Of a stretch of 64,000 nucleotides of DNA, positions 25,397 through 37,700 are shown one piece after another (position 1 is the stretch's first letter; the number at the start of each line of letters is the position of its first letter). The position numbers and the translations under genes were made by a program. Source of the stretch: Patellaria atrata CBS 101060 (Eukaryota). The stretch spans positions 154,875 through 218,874 of the forward strand of contig MU006089.1 of assembly GCA_010093705.1 (NCBI GenBank). Direction: 5' to 3'. The notes beneath the pieces were generated by a model, which searched no databases, was not told where the DNA came from, and saw only the letters and a list, made by a program, of their open reading frames with translations.

Positions 25397-28006
25397 ATGG
25401 CCTCTCTCACCTCCCCAGAGGAAATTCCCTCATCTATCTTGGAGTGCGTCCAAAATAAGACGTTCCCTGGATCTGATGACATAGCAGGAGCCGAAGTAGA
25501 CCTCTCTGTCTCTTTCTCATCTATTACAAGTATCGCAGTAGCTCGCGAGGATGTTAAAGTATGCGTGCCCTATATTACATTTAGGAACCCTTGCGCTAAT
25601 CACTTCAGATAGAGTCAGATCCGTGCCCTCAGTCGTGAAGTCGCACCAGATGTAGATAGTTGGATTTCGCAATCTCGACAAGTTCAAGCCGATATTCAGC
25701 GCTCTAAAGCGACAGCTCGTCAGATAATTCGAGACGCGGAAGTAGGGCGTTCATTACGGGCTGGGGTCGAAGATGGTAGCAACAAGGTAGGATTACTGGA
25801 GAGTGAGATCGAGTTCAACCATAGCTTAATCTCGGCTCTGGAAAATATCAAGAGTATCTCGGCATTATTGGACGCGTCACAGGAAGCAGCGCTCCAAGAC
25901 CAAATCACGCTGGCGCTCGAAAATCTAAACCAAGCGGAAGCTGCTATGGCAACTCTGGGAGATCTGCAAAATACAAGGTTGATCAATGTGTTGAGCAGAA
26001 GGACGGTAGAATTAAAAACAACAATAGCAGAAATAACGTTGGAACTCTGGAATCAACTCTTTATCGTAGATCGTGACACGGGGAAGATAACGATCAAGCA
26101 GGCAGTACAAAGTAAATGTCTACGCCATTCAAAACAGTTGATAGGTTTTTGACATGCTGTAGGAAAGCTCGCATTTGAATCCGACAATATCGTCGTCCTT
26201 TTATCCAAACTCGACACTTTACAGCATGTAGTTTCACGGTTTGCAACCGATTTCGACTCAACCATTCTCTCACCTCTGTTGCGGTCTGGTAAAACCGAAC
26301 ATTCCATGGATGTCGTTATCGAAGATGATATCATCCGTATTGTGAATAGAGGACACGGTATCAATACGATAGACTTGCTCGCTCAAGTACACCGTGCTTT
26401 AGAATATCTACACACCAGAGTTCCATCGTCAATTGAAGTGCTGCTAGCAGAGGAGATTGTGCCTGGTCTCGCGTCTCGAATAATTACAGGTTGGCTAGAA
26501 TCATCTATGGCCACCTCCTTGGAAGATGTGGCTGCATTCGGGGAGGTCGTTTCACGCATACAAGACCTATTGAGTTTCCTGGATGAGATCGGCTGGCCGG
26601 GTAGTCAAGTTTTGCTTGACTGGTTTGATGATATTCCCAGAAATTGGCTAGCCAAAAGACGCGCGACCACCCTCTCAGCTGTCAGAGCGCTATACTCACT
26701 CAACATTGGAGAACGAAGAATTGTAGAACGTGTGGAAACGCAAACCGTGTCACGAGATGACGATATTATGACTGGTACTGATGAAGCTCGAGACTATTCA
26801 TGGGATGCATGGAATGATGACGAAGAAGCGGAATCAAATCAGATACAACAAACCCAAATGATGCCGGAAAGTGATTCAGGAGGTGAGGATGCTAACGAAG
26901 GTACTGCAAGAGTGCCATCGAACTCGGCTGGGCACGGGGACGATGAGGAAGAAAGCTGGGGTTGGGATGATGGTGAGACCGATGCAAATGAAAATGATAT
27001 GCCGCCTGTACTGCCCGCTGAGACACGCTCCTCACGACTCCAAACAAATGGGGACAGATCATCGGATGCCCGCTCTACTAAACGCGAGATAATCTTAAAG
27101 GAGAGGTATACCGTCACTCTTATACCAGCTTCACTGATTGAGATTATCAATCTGGTGATATCGGATGCTGATCAACTGTCCGCCGGACCTTTGTCAAGTT
27201 CTTGCATCGCCCCTGCACGCGTAGGCCTTTATTCGATTCCCACACTATTATTAGGCATGTATCGCGCAACTGCTTCAACGTTCTACTCTAAAGATTCTGC
27301 TGGAACCATGCTCCTATACAACGACTGTACTAGAATTGCTGAGGAATTAACTCGGTATCAGGCAGACCAACCAACCGCTAGTAGACTACGTGTGGACACC
27401 GACGTTAAGGCAATAGAGGGCTTTGGCAGACGATCCTACGGGCAAGAGATGGAGGCGCAGAAAACTGTCCTCCGGGATCTCCTTGATGGCGCGCAGGGCT
27501 TCAGTAATTGCACTATCTCCCCATTTGCAGAGGCATGTGCAGATTCTGTGACTACGACGGTAGATCGAATCAAAACAGTGTATGGAATGTGGAAAGGCAT
27601 CCTGTCACATTCGGTATTCGTTCAGAGTCTGGGGTCATTGCTTGCAACTGTGACAAGTAAAATGATTGTTGAGATAGAGGATCTCTCTGACATATCTGAG
27701 GAAGAGTCGAAAACTCTGCACAGGCTTTGTGGATTGGTTCTTGAGCTCAAGAATCTCTTCCTACAACGTCACGGTGGTGAAGAGCGAGATATGACAGCCT
27801 TGTACTCGCCTAACTGGCTCAAATTCCAATATCTGTCTGAGATTTTAGAAAGCAGTCTCGCAGATATAACATATTTCTGGACTGATTCTGAACTGAGCTT
27901 GGAATTTGAGGTTGAGGAGGTGGTAGATTTGATCGAGGCATTGTTCGCAGAAAGCGACTACAGACGGAGGAGTATTGCTGAAATAAGACGGACTTCACGA
28001 CGATAA
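25397..28006 (+). CDS. DSL1: Dsl1/ZW10 retrograde vesicle tethering subunit
   Basis: The C-terminus PNWLKFQYLSEILESSLADI...EEVVDLIEALFAES resembles Dsl1_C. There is a central acidic Trp-containing loop (SWDAWNDDEE, SWGWDD) of the COPI-binding lasso type. 2 introns. Confidence 0.85.
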
Positions 28007-29290
28007 AGGAAGAACTGAGCATGACAACCCAGGCTGTGGTCATAGTACATTTTTATACCATGGATATGTTATGATATCCCGAACGACCAATATCCACAAT
28101 GTCTCAACCGGAAGTAATAGTTCTATGATAATCCTCTCCATGAATCTCATTCCTACAAAACCTTTACTGTGTATACCATCTACTCTTCTCTTGGTCTTGC
28201 TTTCAACTGCATCTCAGAAATCAGAGGACAATAAAGATAGCCGATCCATGCTTCCCACCTATTCTACTAGTATCAGGCTCCCTACCGAATTATGTGCAGG
28301 TCTTTACGTCTTACTCTTCACCATACGGAAATCTCGGTTTGAAGAAGATAGCCAACTGTCGACATAGCTTATCAATTCGTATGTTACTTCTTATTGCAGC
28401 CTTATATCTAGCTTCTGTACTATGAAGACTAAGGCAAAACCAGCTCTTTCTTCTATACTGTGCCATCAATCACAAAAGAAATAGATACGGGTAAATATTC
28501 ATGAAGTCAAAACGGAACCACGTCTCGTTATTGTCACCTCCTCGTCGAAATCTCTTAGAATTTGTGCCCATGTTCAGTTAACGATCCATCTAGAGATTGG
28601 GATTTAATTTTCTCTTCAACATCGGGTTCTTCCAAGTACATACTCATTACGTAGCTTACCTTGCATATGGGACAAAGGAATGAGACAGATGCTTATAGAA
28701 CAACTTAGAGCAACTTCCAACAATAAGGGAAGCTCGATTAATGGTGCGTGTCTGACTTAGCGTGCTTGTGAATCTTATAAGAGCACTCAACGCTAAATCT
28801 AATATCTACAGATTATGCTTTTCATGGGTGATTTTGGTAAAAGTTAACAAGTCATGAGCTTCTCGTTATCCACTAAGTTGAGCAAAGTCACAAAACTGGA
28901 TGTTATAATGCTTTGGAAACTAATGTAAGATTCATTGTCTCGCTCTACTCCTGACGTGAGCGCCATGTCGGACTTTGTGAGGCGGAGAACTGTCCTGTCA
29001 TAGAAGGTGACCCATTAACATCATACGCGCGCTCTGGGTCAGCAGGAATTGACCGTGCGTCATTCCAACGCTCTGATGGTGCTAGCAATAATGCAGTCTT
29101 TCACGTTTGCGGTTGCTCATGATACAGCACAACCTTAATGTATATTGGAGATGGTACTAATCGAACCGCTTACTGACAGTCAAACCTATGGTAACTATAA
29201 GTTAAAGAAGCTTGAAGAAAACAGGAGAATGTAGAGACTAGAGCTTTGATTCGAAAGGACCGAGGTTGATTATAGAATCACTCAGCTCCC

Positions 29291-30838
29291 TCAACGTTTC
29301 CGTCTCCTCCCCTTTCCTGCACCTAGTGGATTTCCACTGCTACTGGCAACCGATTTTCTCGGTATATCTGCGCTAGAAGCAACTTCCCTAGTATCATTAC
29401 TACCACTTTGGTCTCGTTCGCGCTCATTAACAAGATCCCTTTCCCGTACTTGGTCCACGGGCTCTGCTATGACGTTGGGTCTACTGATCCGAGCGTCATT
29501 TCCAGTATTAGAATTGGGTCCTGAGCCAGAAGCAGCGGTGGAGAGTGCGTGCGTCATTGTTGGATTAGAGTAACGGTCCGACAATCCCGCAGGTACTGTG
29601 ACTGGAGCTCTCTCGGGAAGCGGTACAGATGCCGAATTAACACTCGCTATTGAAGAACCTGTGCCTGTCGAAACGCGTCGGAGCAATTTTGAATATGCGA
29701 CCTCCGGAGGACCTGACCCAACTCTTCTCATCGACGGAGGAGTAAAGGCAACATTCGTGGAAAGGGCAAATGTAGAACCTATTGGGCTAGGAGGCCATGC
29801 ACCAGGCTGCTGAGCAACACTGTCACTTCTTCCCCTCCGACCTTCGAAATCGCTTTCATGGATAGAAGAGTGCCGTGAACCGGAACTTGGAGGCCGAAAT
29901 GAGTCGAACGATGGTCGAGGATACGTCGTGTAGCCCCCGCCGATCTGAGTAAGATCAAATTGTGTAGGTGGAGGGTTGGAGTAGCGGCGCGAATTATTGG
30001 TACTTGAGGATCTGGATCCCGGGCGAGAAGATCTCGGACGCGTACTAGTCTGCTGTTGTGGGGAGACGTATGGTCCTTGTGAGGATGCCACCACGCTTTC
30101 CGGGCTTTCAGTGACAAAGTTGGACGCCGCAGGCCCAGTTTCCCCATGGGTTTGTACGGGAGCGGCAACGGGATCAGTGGTGCGGCGCGGACTTGACTTC
30201 CTGCTCGCACTTTTGCTGTTTCTGGACCTCGGTGATGGGGAACCGAAGATGCTATTAATCGACATCTTTCTTTTTGATCGAATCTTATCTAAGGATGGGG
30301 CACGTTGTGCAGTAAGTCGCTCGTCAACGATGGAAGCAATTGGGACTAAAACCTCCGATTGTTGTCGTTGTTTCCTACGTTCCAGTGCTTCCAGCTCGGC
30401 AGTAGTAAGAACAACATTTGTTTTGCCTTCTTCTCTTGCTATGCGTATCTGCTCCATGGCCCGCGTTATTAAATGTTGATCAATGTCTTTTGCGGGAGTT
30501 GATGTATTAGAACCACTTCTCTCGCCGAGACTGTACATATCTTCAGCTCTGGGAAAGCCGTAATCTTCTCCAAACGCTGAAGCTTCGCTTCCTCCTTCCT
30601 CCCAAGAATCATTAAAATAAAGTCTATCGGGAACAAAACGCCTCTGTGAAAACCCAGGCTCAATAATAACACTATCCTGCTCGTTCTCTCCTTCACTATC
30701 ACCTGCATCTCTAAGTCTGAAAACATCATCATATCCTACTACTCCTCGTCTTCCCTGTTGCCTCCCTGACGGTCTTCCCCATGGGGGCAAAGCATATGGA
30801 GTTCGCGGCCGACCGCTTAGACCGCCTCCTCGGAAAAA
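29291..30838 (-). CDS. -1 frame extension of YIP3 (~515 codons; long isoform ~685 aa via programmed frameshift)
   Basis: A stop-free ORF overlaps the YIP3 3' end in the -1 frame and is entered at T TTT TCC (30838-30832). It has no ATG near the junction, is S/R/P-rich with a helical core ITRAMEQIRIAREEGKTNVVLTTAELEALERRK, and ends GKGRRRKR. Confidence 0.8.
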   Translation of the reverse strand, partial: FFRGGGLSGRPRTPYALPPWGRPSGRQQGRRGVVGYDDVFRLRDAGDSEGENEQDSVIIEPGFSQRRFVPDRLYFNDSWEEGGSEASAFGEDYGFPRAEDMYSLGERSGSNTSTPAKDIDQHLITRAMEQIRIAREEGKTNVVLTTAELEALERRKQRQQSEVLVPIASIVDERLTAQRAPSLDKIRSKRKMSINSIFGSPSPRSRNSKSASRKSSPRRTTDPVAAPVQTHGETGPAASNFVTESPESVVASSQGPYVSPQQQTSTRPRSSRPGSRSSSTNNSRRYSNPPPTQFDLTQIGGGYTTYPRPSFDSFRPPSSGSRHSSIHESDFEGRRGRSDSVAQQPGAWPPSPIGSTFALSTNVAFTPPSMRRVGSGPPEVAYSKLLRRVSTGTGSSIASVNSASVPLPERAPVTVPAGLSDRYSNPTMTHALSTAASGSGPNSNTGNDARISRPNVIAEPVDQVRERDLVNERERDQSGSNDTREVASSADIPRKSVASSSGNPLGAGKGRRRKR

Positions 30839-31347
30839 GCTGACTCTATTGGTTTGTCCATGAAGACGGCATGCCCGAGAATGCTCACAGCACTGGCACC
30901 GATAAGCCACATGAGGGCAGCAACGGGGCCGGCGTATATTCCAAGAGGGACACAAACAACGAGAAGGGTAGTATAGAGCTGAGATGTTGTCGCTCGCACA
31001 AAGCCGAGATCCAGGTCATTGCCGCCAAGCATCCCGATGCCATACATGCCAGCTACGAGGAGACAAATAACGAAAAGAAGTAGTAAATTCGTCAGTAGGC
31101 AGTAGATGCCTAACATGACGAATACAACCGAGTAATTGCTGGAGAAATAGCCTAGGTTGTAGTTGACTCTACTTTGCACCTCCCCAAAGTTCTGTGGCTT
31201 TGAAAGTCGTTTGAAATCGAAGAATTCGGATATAGGCTTGAGATTTGCGAATCTGGCGGCTATCGATTGCGAGCGCACGCTGTCGAAGCGACCGGAAAGG
31301 TTGAGACGAGACGTCAGCGCGTCTATAGGCAGGCTGATACGTGCCAT
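30817..31347 (-). CDS. YIP3: PRA1/Yip3 prenylated Rab acceptor (176 aa, short form)
   Basis: NLKPISEFFDFKRLSKP..SRVNYNLGYFSSNY, a hydrophobic core and the C-terminus GHAVFMDKPIESAFSEEAV*. Confidence 0.95.
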   Translation of the reverse strand: MARISLPIDALTSRLNLSGRFDSVRSQSIAARFANLKPISEFFDFKRLSKPQNFGEVQSRVNYNLGYFSSNYSVVFVMLGIYCLLTNLLLLFVICLLVAGMYGIGMLGGNDLDLGFVRATTSQLYTTLLVVCVPLGIYAGPVAALMWLIGASAVSILGHAVFMDKPIESAFSEEAV

Positions 31348-32281
31348 CTTTGCTGAGATCTATGTGGTATGAAGGTCTGAATGGGAGAGAAAAGCGTGGG
31401 TGTGGGCAAGCGGTGCGATTTAAGTTGGCGTGCAGAGTCTAGATTAGAACTATTGTGATACCTGGTCAGTTTCGGTAGAAATAATAATAAGCACCCAGGT
31501 TTCAGAGAGAAGCGATATAGCCGGCGATACGGGCTATGTCTCGAGTCTTCCTCTTCATCAGATGCTAAAGCAGGCGATATATAAAGGCTTACTTGGGATG
31601 GGATAACTGAATTGAAATGAGCCAGGAGAATACCGGAAAAGAAAATTCAAGTGACCGAATTTTATTTATTACTAGGAGAGAATTAACAGAAATTGAATGA
31701 TCAAAGAGAAGACGTTAAATATTTGCAATGGAATTTTTGGGGCTGACGCGACGACTTTAGGGACACGAAGCCCCTTTTTGCACCCATCTTCCCAAACAGG
31801 CGTAGCCCATTGTAAAGTAATTCTATCATACAGTAGCGAGCTTATCTCATGTTCTATACTTTGTATTATACGACAATCTTCGTCCCGGATTGGAGACGGT
31901 ACTCCTGTGGTAAGGTAAGGTACTTCGCCTTTCCTTTTACAACTTACTTTACCAGCGGAAAAGCAATGGAATCACCAGAATGTATATAAGTTGCCTAGTC
32001 TTACGAAAGAATATGTACGGTACTGCACCTGGTGTACAATTGTATAATAGAACTACATATAGTCCAACCTTTCATTGTAAGAGCTATATATTAGATTACC
32101 CCCAATTGTGAATTGTACAAGGTTGTTTACGGTAGGTTCGGCTTCAAAATGTTCGACCGTTTTCCCAGAGCTTCAGCTACGTAGCCCAAACCAAAAAGAT
32201 ATCGCATCGCCATTTTCTTATAATAGAGTAAGACCTTATTAGTTTGCGAATCTTCTTCCAAACAATTCTCATTGCATCGCA

Positions 32282-33717
32282 ATGAGGTCTAATATAGTAT
32301 ACTCTGTCTTGCTATTAGTGTTCGCTACATTTATTGCAGCTTGGACTTCTGAAGGTGCGTGCAACTTTCTCAAAGCCATAAGTTACCCCCGACGCTTGCT
32401 GGAATTATTTCCAACATGCAATCCTACCATTCCAGCGTTTCTACTTTAGCTTGCTAATAATATTATCCATCAGACCACGAAGTTTTCCGCCTCCGTGACG
32501 AAGTTGCATCTGCTGAAGGCGACAATGTAACATTCTACGACCTCCTTGGAATCAAACCTACGGCGACACAGGATGAGATCAACGCCGCTGTGCGTAAAAA
32601 GTCTCGGACCTTGCATCCCGACAAGGCTCGTCAATCATACCTAGCAACCTATTCCAAGACACAGTCATCCTCGAAATCCGATAACAAAAAGGGGAAGAAA
32701 CCGGGCGTGACTGTGCGGAAGAAGCCCACCCAGAAAGAGCTGGCCAAGTTCCAAAAAGAAGCTGAAGAGAGGTATAGGCGTATAACTATTGCGGGTGATG
32801 TGCTCAAAGGTCCTCAGAGAGAGCGTTACGACCATTTCCTCAAGAATGGCTTCCCTAAATGGCGTGGAACGGGCTATTACTATTCACGCGCCCGTCCTGG
32901 GCTCGGTACCGTCCTATTCGGCCTGTTCGTCATGGGTGGTGGAGCAGCCCATTATGGCCTTTTGTACCTAGATTGGACACGTAAGAAGCAAAGAGTTGAG
33001 AAGTACATTTCTGATGCCAGAAGGGTAGCTTGGGGAGATGCTGCGGGTATCCCCGGTCTCTCAGATACACTTGATGGAACCGGAAATGGCACCGCCACTC
33101 CTCCACCACAACGGGAAAACGAGGACAGTATGAATTGGAATCGACGTGCGAAAAGGGCTGCGGAGAGGGAAAATCGCAAAGCTGGCAAGAGCGGAAAAGC
33201 TGCTGCGAAAGCGAGAAACTCAGGTATCAGCACACCGGTAGAAGCTTCTCTGACATCTGGGCCGACAGGCGCGAAGAAGAGAGTTGTAGCAGAGAACGGA
33301 AAGGTGTTCATCGTTGATTCTGCTGGGAACGTGTTCCTAGAAGAGGAAAGTGAGGATGGAGTCGTGACCGAGTATCTGGTTGATGTGAGTATTCCGCTTC
33401 AAGAGTCAAGGTCCTCTACGTCAGGATCTTTTTGGTAGAGGTCAAACGTAATTTAACTTGTGATTCATCAGATCAACGAGGTCCCAAAACCAACCATCTA
33501 TGACACGCTCCTTTTCCGGTTACCACGTTTTGCGTACGACCAAACCCTCGGCCGCGTCACGAAGAAAAGAGCAATCACAGAGGTATATCTTACAGAGGAA
33601 GAGGTTAGCGGTGCTGCAGAGGATTCGGACGAGAAAATACTAACAGAAGCCACTGCGTTGAATCCCAACAGTGAAGCTAGAAAGCGAAAAATCAAGAGGG
33701 CCAAAACTGCAACATAG
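32282..33717 (+). CDS. ER-localised DnaJ-domain membrane protein (Erj5-like)
   Basis: Signal peptide (MRSNIVYSVLLLVFATFIAAWTSE|DHEVFRLRDEV), J-domain TFYDLLGI...LHPDK, RERYDHFLKNGFPKWRGTGYYYSRARPG and a transmembrane helix. 2 introns. Confidence 0.88.
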
Positions 33718-34782
33718 TGATTAAAAGTCATACAGGTGCTTTGAGATAAGGATATGGTGCGCCGCAATAGAGGAGAAACCAAGCTAGAATTTGTCATGTC
33801 TGAGTCCAAAAGCAAATGCAATTTAATTTTGAGATCAGGTACTGCCAGGTCTGTCTAAACACTTGAGAGATCCCGTTCTGATATACACTTCAGGGAGTGT
33901 TGCCGGATGTTACTTTTATACAGGTCTCAAAGATCTATACCCTCGTCAGCTACCCTCAAGCTAAAACTTTGCACTGTACTACCAACGTATAATTTCCGTT
34001 CTTAGTTCTACCTTACAGTATGCGCCTGCCTGGTGGAATGACTTACGGCTATGTTGTTCATGCAGGTGCGGTACACGTCTCAGTCACCGATGGGTCTTAG
34101 GTAATCCAATGCTATCGTCTGATGGGTGGAAATCTACATGAATCTGTATTCTAAGTGCTCATACCTCGTACCTACAATTTTATACTCGACTATCACAACT
34201 TTTTACATGTGGCAAGTGACAACTAGTAGTACGTAAGGTACCGTAGCGTTTAACAAGCAATTTTACTTATCTTGTCATCTACTCCTTGTACTGTACTCCG
34301 TACCTTATTTCTATACGATGTCTGCTTAGGACCACTCAGAGCTACCTCAATTCGTTATGTATAGCTATATTCAAGTATGAAGAAAACGGTACTCAGACAC
34401 GAAGGGAAGTCTTTAGAATACATCGTGCTGGAGTAGAAAGTAATAACGGCAATAAAAAAGGACATCGGCACCGACTGGAGAGCCGGTTGCCGATGGAGGT
34501 CGCCTCAAGCTTTTGTCAAAGAGATCTGTGATCATCCGTCAGAGCTGCCAGACCAATCAAAACGGGAATAATCCCTATCTCCGACTCTCTAGTCTGCGGC
34601 TAGTCCTCTTCCGCCGGGGAAATACTGCAATACTTGCTGTCCTGCTCCGCTTGATTATTCATTTACGACACGACGCCCAACCCTGCTGCCTCGTCTCTCC
34701 AGTCAGGATATATTGCCTTGTAGCTCGAAGCATATCATGGCAACCGATCCTACAATTAACCCATCAACTCTCGAAAAGTATC

Positions 34783-37700
34783 ATGTCTACCGACGGAGAC
34801 GAGAAGAAACGGCAGGCCAATGATCAAATAGCAGCTTCCCAGCCGGTGATAAATGCAGAACCCGTCGCGATAGAGCCGCTACCTGAAGCCATATCCAAAA
34901 AGGAATTGGGAGACGAGGTCGGGAGTGAAGATAGCGATGATGAGCTGGGAGATCGAATTGAGCCATTTCGCACAGCGAGTCGATATACACAGGCCACTAG
35001 CCTTGCTTCCGAGGTTAGAAGCATTAAGGGCCTTGAAAGACAGAAAAAATGGCATGACCGAATCAATCCTCTCAAGAGGACGTTGAAACCACCGATTCCA
35101 AAAGAGCGTGCGGTTTCTAGGGAGTACAATGCGAGCTTCTTCAGCAGACTCACATTTCAATGGATGGCTCCGATCATGGCGGTAAGTATTTTACTTCGCT
35201 TTTTTGAAAGGTCTAAAACTTAATCTTACCGCAGGTCGGCTACCAGCGACCCCTCGAAGTCAACGATATCTGGTCAGTAAACCCGAAGAGAACAGTTCAG
35301 TCATTGGAAGAGAGGCTTACCCAATCCTTCAAGAGAAGAACGGATCGTGGGGACGAGAAGCCACTTCTCGGGGCGATCTGGGACACTTTCAAGAAGGAAA
35401 TAATAATTGCCGGCATTTGTCAGCTTACCGCGTCCATCATACAGGTTCTTGCTCCGTTTACTTTGAAATACCTTATCGCATTCGCTACCAGGGCTTATAT
35501 CGCCGACGTAACAGGCCGTCCAGAGCCGAGTGTTGGGGAAGGGTTAGGGTTGGTTTTCGGAATCACCGCCATGCAGATGATTTCGAGTCTTTGTACCAAC
35601 CATTTCCTTTATAACGGTATGATGGTGGGGGGACAAGCTCGTGCTGTTCTCATATCCGTCATATTCGAGAAGTCAATGAGAATATCCGGAAGGGCCAAAG
35701 CAGGAGGAACAAAAGTAACGGCACCACCTAAAGATATCAAAGCGGGAAGCGAAGCGGAGAAACAATGGTACACGAACCTTCTCAGGAGGAGTAAAAATGG
35801 AAAGAAGAAAGGCTCGAAGAAGAATAAAGATTCAAGTGCCGACGGCCAAGGATGGGGCAACGGTAGAATTGTGAATCTCATGTCAACAGACACTTACCGT
35901 GTCGATCAAGCGTCGGGTATGTTTCACGTGGTATGGACTTCGCCGGTTGCTATCCTTCTTACCCTCGCTCTTCTACTCGTGAATATCACCTACAGTGCAC
36001 TCGCAGGCTTTGGCCTTTTGGTGGTCTCGATGCCTTTATTAGGTAGAGCTATTCGCAGCCTCTTCAAACGGCGTGCTAGGATTAATAAAATCACTGATCA
36101 AAGAGTCAGTCTTACCCAAGAGATCCTCCAGGGAATACGATTTGTGAAGTTCTTTGGATGGGAGACCGCATTCCTGGAGCGCATCGAAGCCATCCGGCGA
36201 AGAGAAATTCGAGCAATACAGTTTTTGCTGGCTATTCGTAATGGTATCAATGCTATATCCATGTCGATGCCGGTATTCGCGTCAATGCTGGCATTCATAA
36301 CGTACTCTTTGACAAACCACGCTCTCGATCCAGCGCCCATCTTTTCGTCTTTAGCGCTCTTCAATTCCATGCGGTTACCACTAAATCTTCTGCCTCTTGT
36401 TCTTGGACAGGCCATTGATGCATACGCTTCTATTAAACGTATACAAGAGTTTCTTATGGCAGAGGAAGCTAGTGATGAAGTAAACTGGGACTTCAACAGC
36501 ACAGATGCAGTCAGGTTAACTGGAGCCTCTTTTACATGGGAACGTACCACAACCCAGGACAGAGAGAAACCGCAGGATAGTCACAACGCTTCCCAGCGTA
36601 AGGTGAAAGACAGCAAGAACGGGGCCAAATCTAATGACAAGAGTTCGAAACCTCAAATTGAATCTAAACTTTCTGGTGATGATATGGACACATCAAGCAC
36701 ATTGACCGAAGAAGAGCCGTTCAGCATTCATGATATCAACTTGTCAGTAGGACGTAAAGAACTGGTTGCTGTCATTGGCAGTGTGGGATCAGGGAAAAGC
36801 TCCTTGCTTGCAGCCCTCGCCGGAGATATGCGACGAACCAAGGGAAGTGTTACCATTGGCGCTTCTCGTGCATTTTGCCCGCAGTACCCGTGGATCCAAA
36901 ACGCCACTGTTCGCGAGAATATTATATTCGGGAGGCCATACGATAGGGATTGGTATAATCGGGTCATTGATGCTTGTGCTCTAAAGCCTGATTTGGAGAT
37001 GCTTCCAAATGGTGACATGACGGAAATAGGGGAACGAGGTATTACCGTCTCCGGGGGTCAAAAGCAACGGCTCAATATTGCACGTGCAATCTATTTCAAT
37101 GCAGATATCATTCTTATGGATGATCCTCTGTCGGCAGTTGATGCTCATGTAGGCCGTCACATCATGGACAATGCAATCACCGGCCTACTCAATGACAAGT
37201 GTCGGATATTAGCAACACACCAATTGCATGTTTTGAACAGGTGTGACCGTATTATATGGATCCAAGAAGGTCGGGTCGAAGCTGTGGATTCCTTTGATAA
37301 TCTTATGAATACTAACGAGCGATTCGCTAAGATGATGGTATCAACTGTTGCTGAGGAGAAAACAGAGGAAGATGAATTAATCGATGAAGTCGATGGCGAA
37401 GAGAAGAAAGCACCAAAGCGAAAGGACGGCAAGGCATCCTCCAGCGCACTCATGCAAGTTGAAGAGCGTGCTGTGAATAGTGTCTCCTGGGGGGTATGGG
37501 AAGCTTATGTGAAAGCGTCTGGAGGTCTCTTCATTGCTCCTCTTGTTATGGGTATCTTGATTCTATCACAGGGTGCGAATATAGTCTCAGGTTTGTGGCT
37601 ATCATGGTGGACGTCTGACAAATTTGGCTTTCAAACCGGCACATATGTGAGTTCTTTGCCTCTATCCTCAACTTGATGAGAGATTGTACTGACGAAGAGT

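Noticed and set aside
30839..30955. ORF-track start of the 554-aa ORF as an independent gene
   Set aside because: It is a non-ATG start inside the YIP3 coding region. The ORF is better explained by frameshift entry at 30838.
34513..34782. In-frame open stretches upstream of the ATG in YOR1 (also IDH1, 47973-48212 and 40486-40566) suggesting non-AUG N-terminal extensions
   Set aside because: Pyrimidine-rich leaders often lack stops by chance, and there is no protein-like signal.
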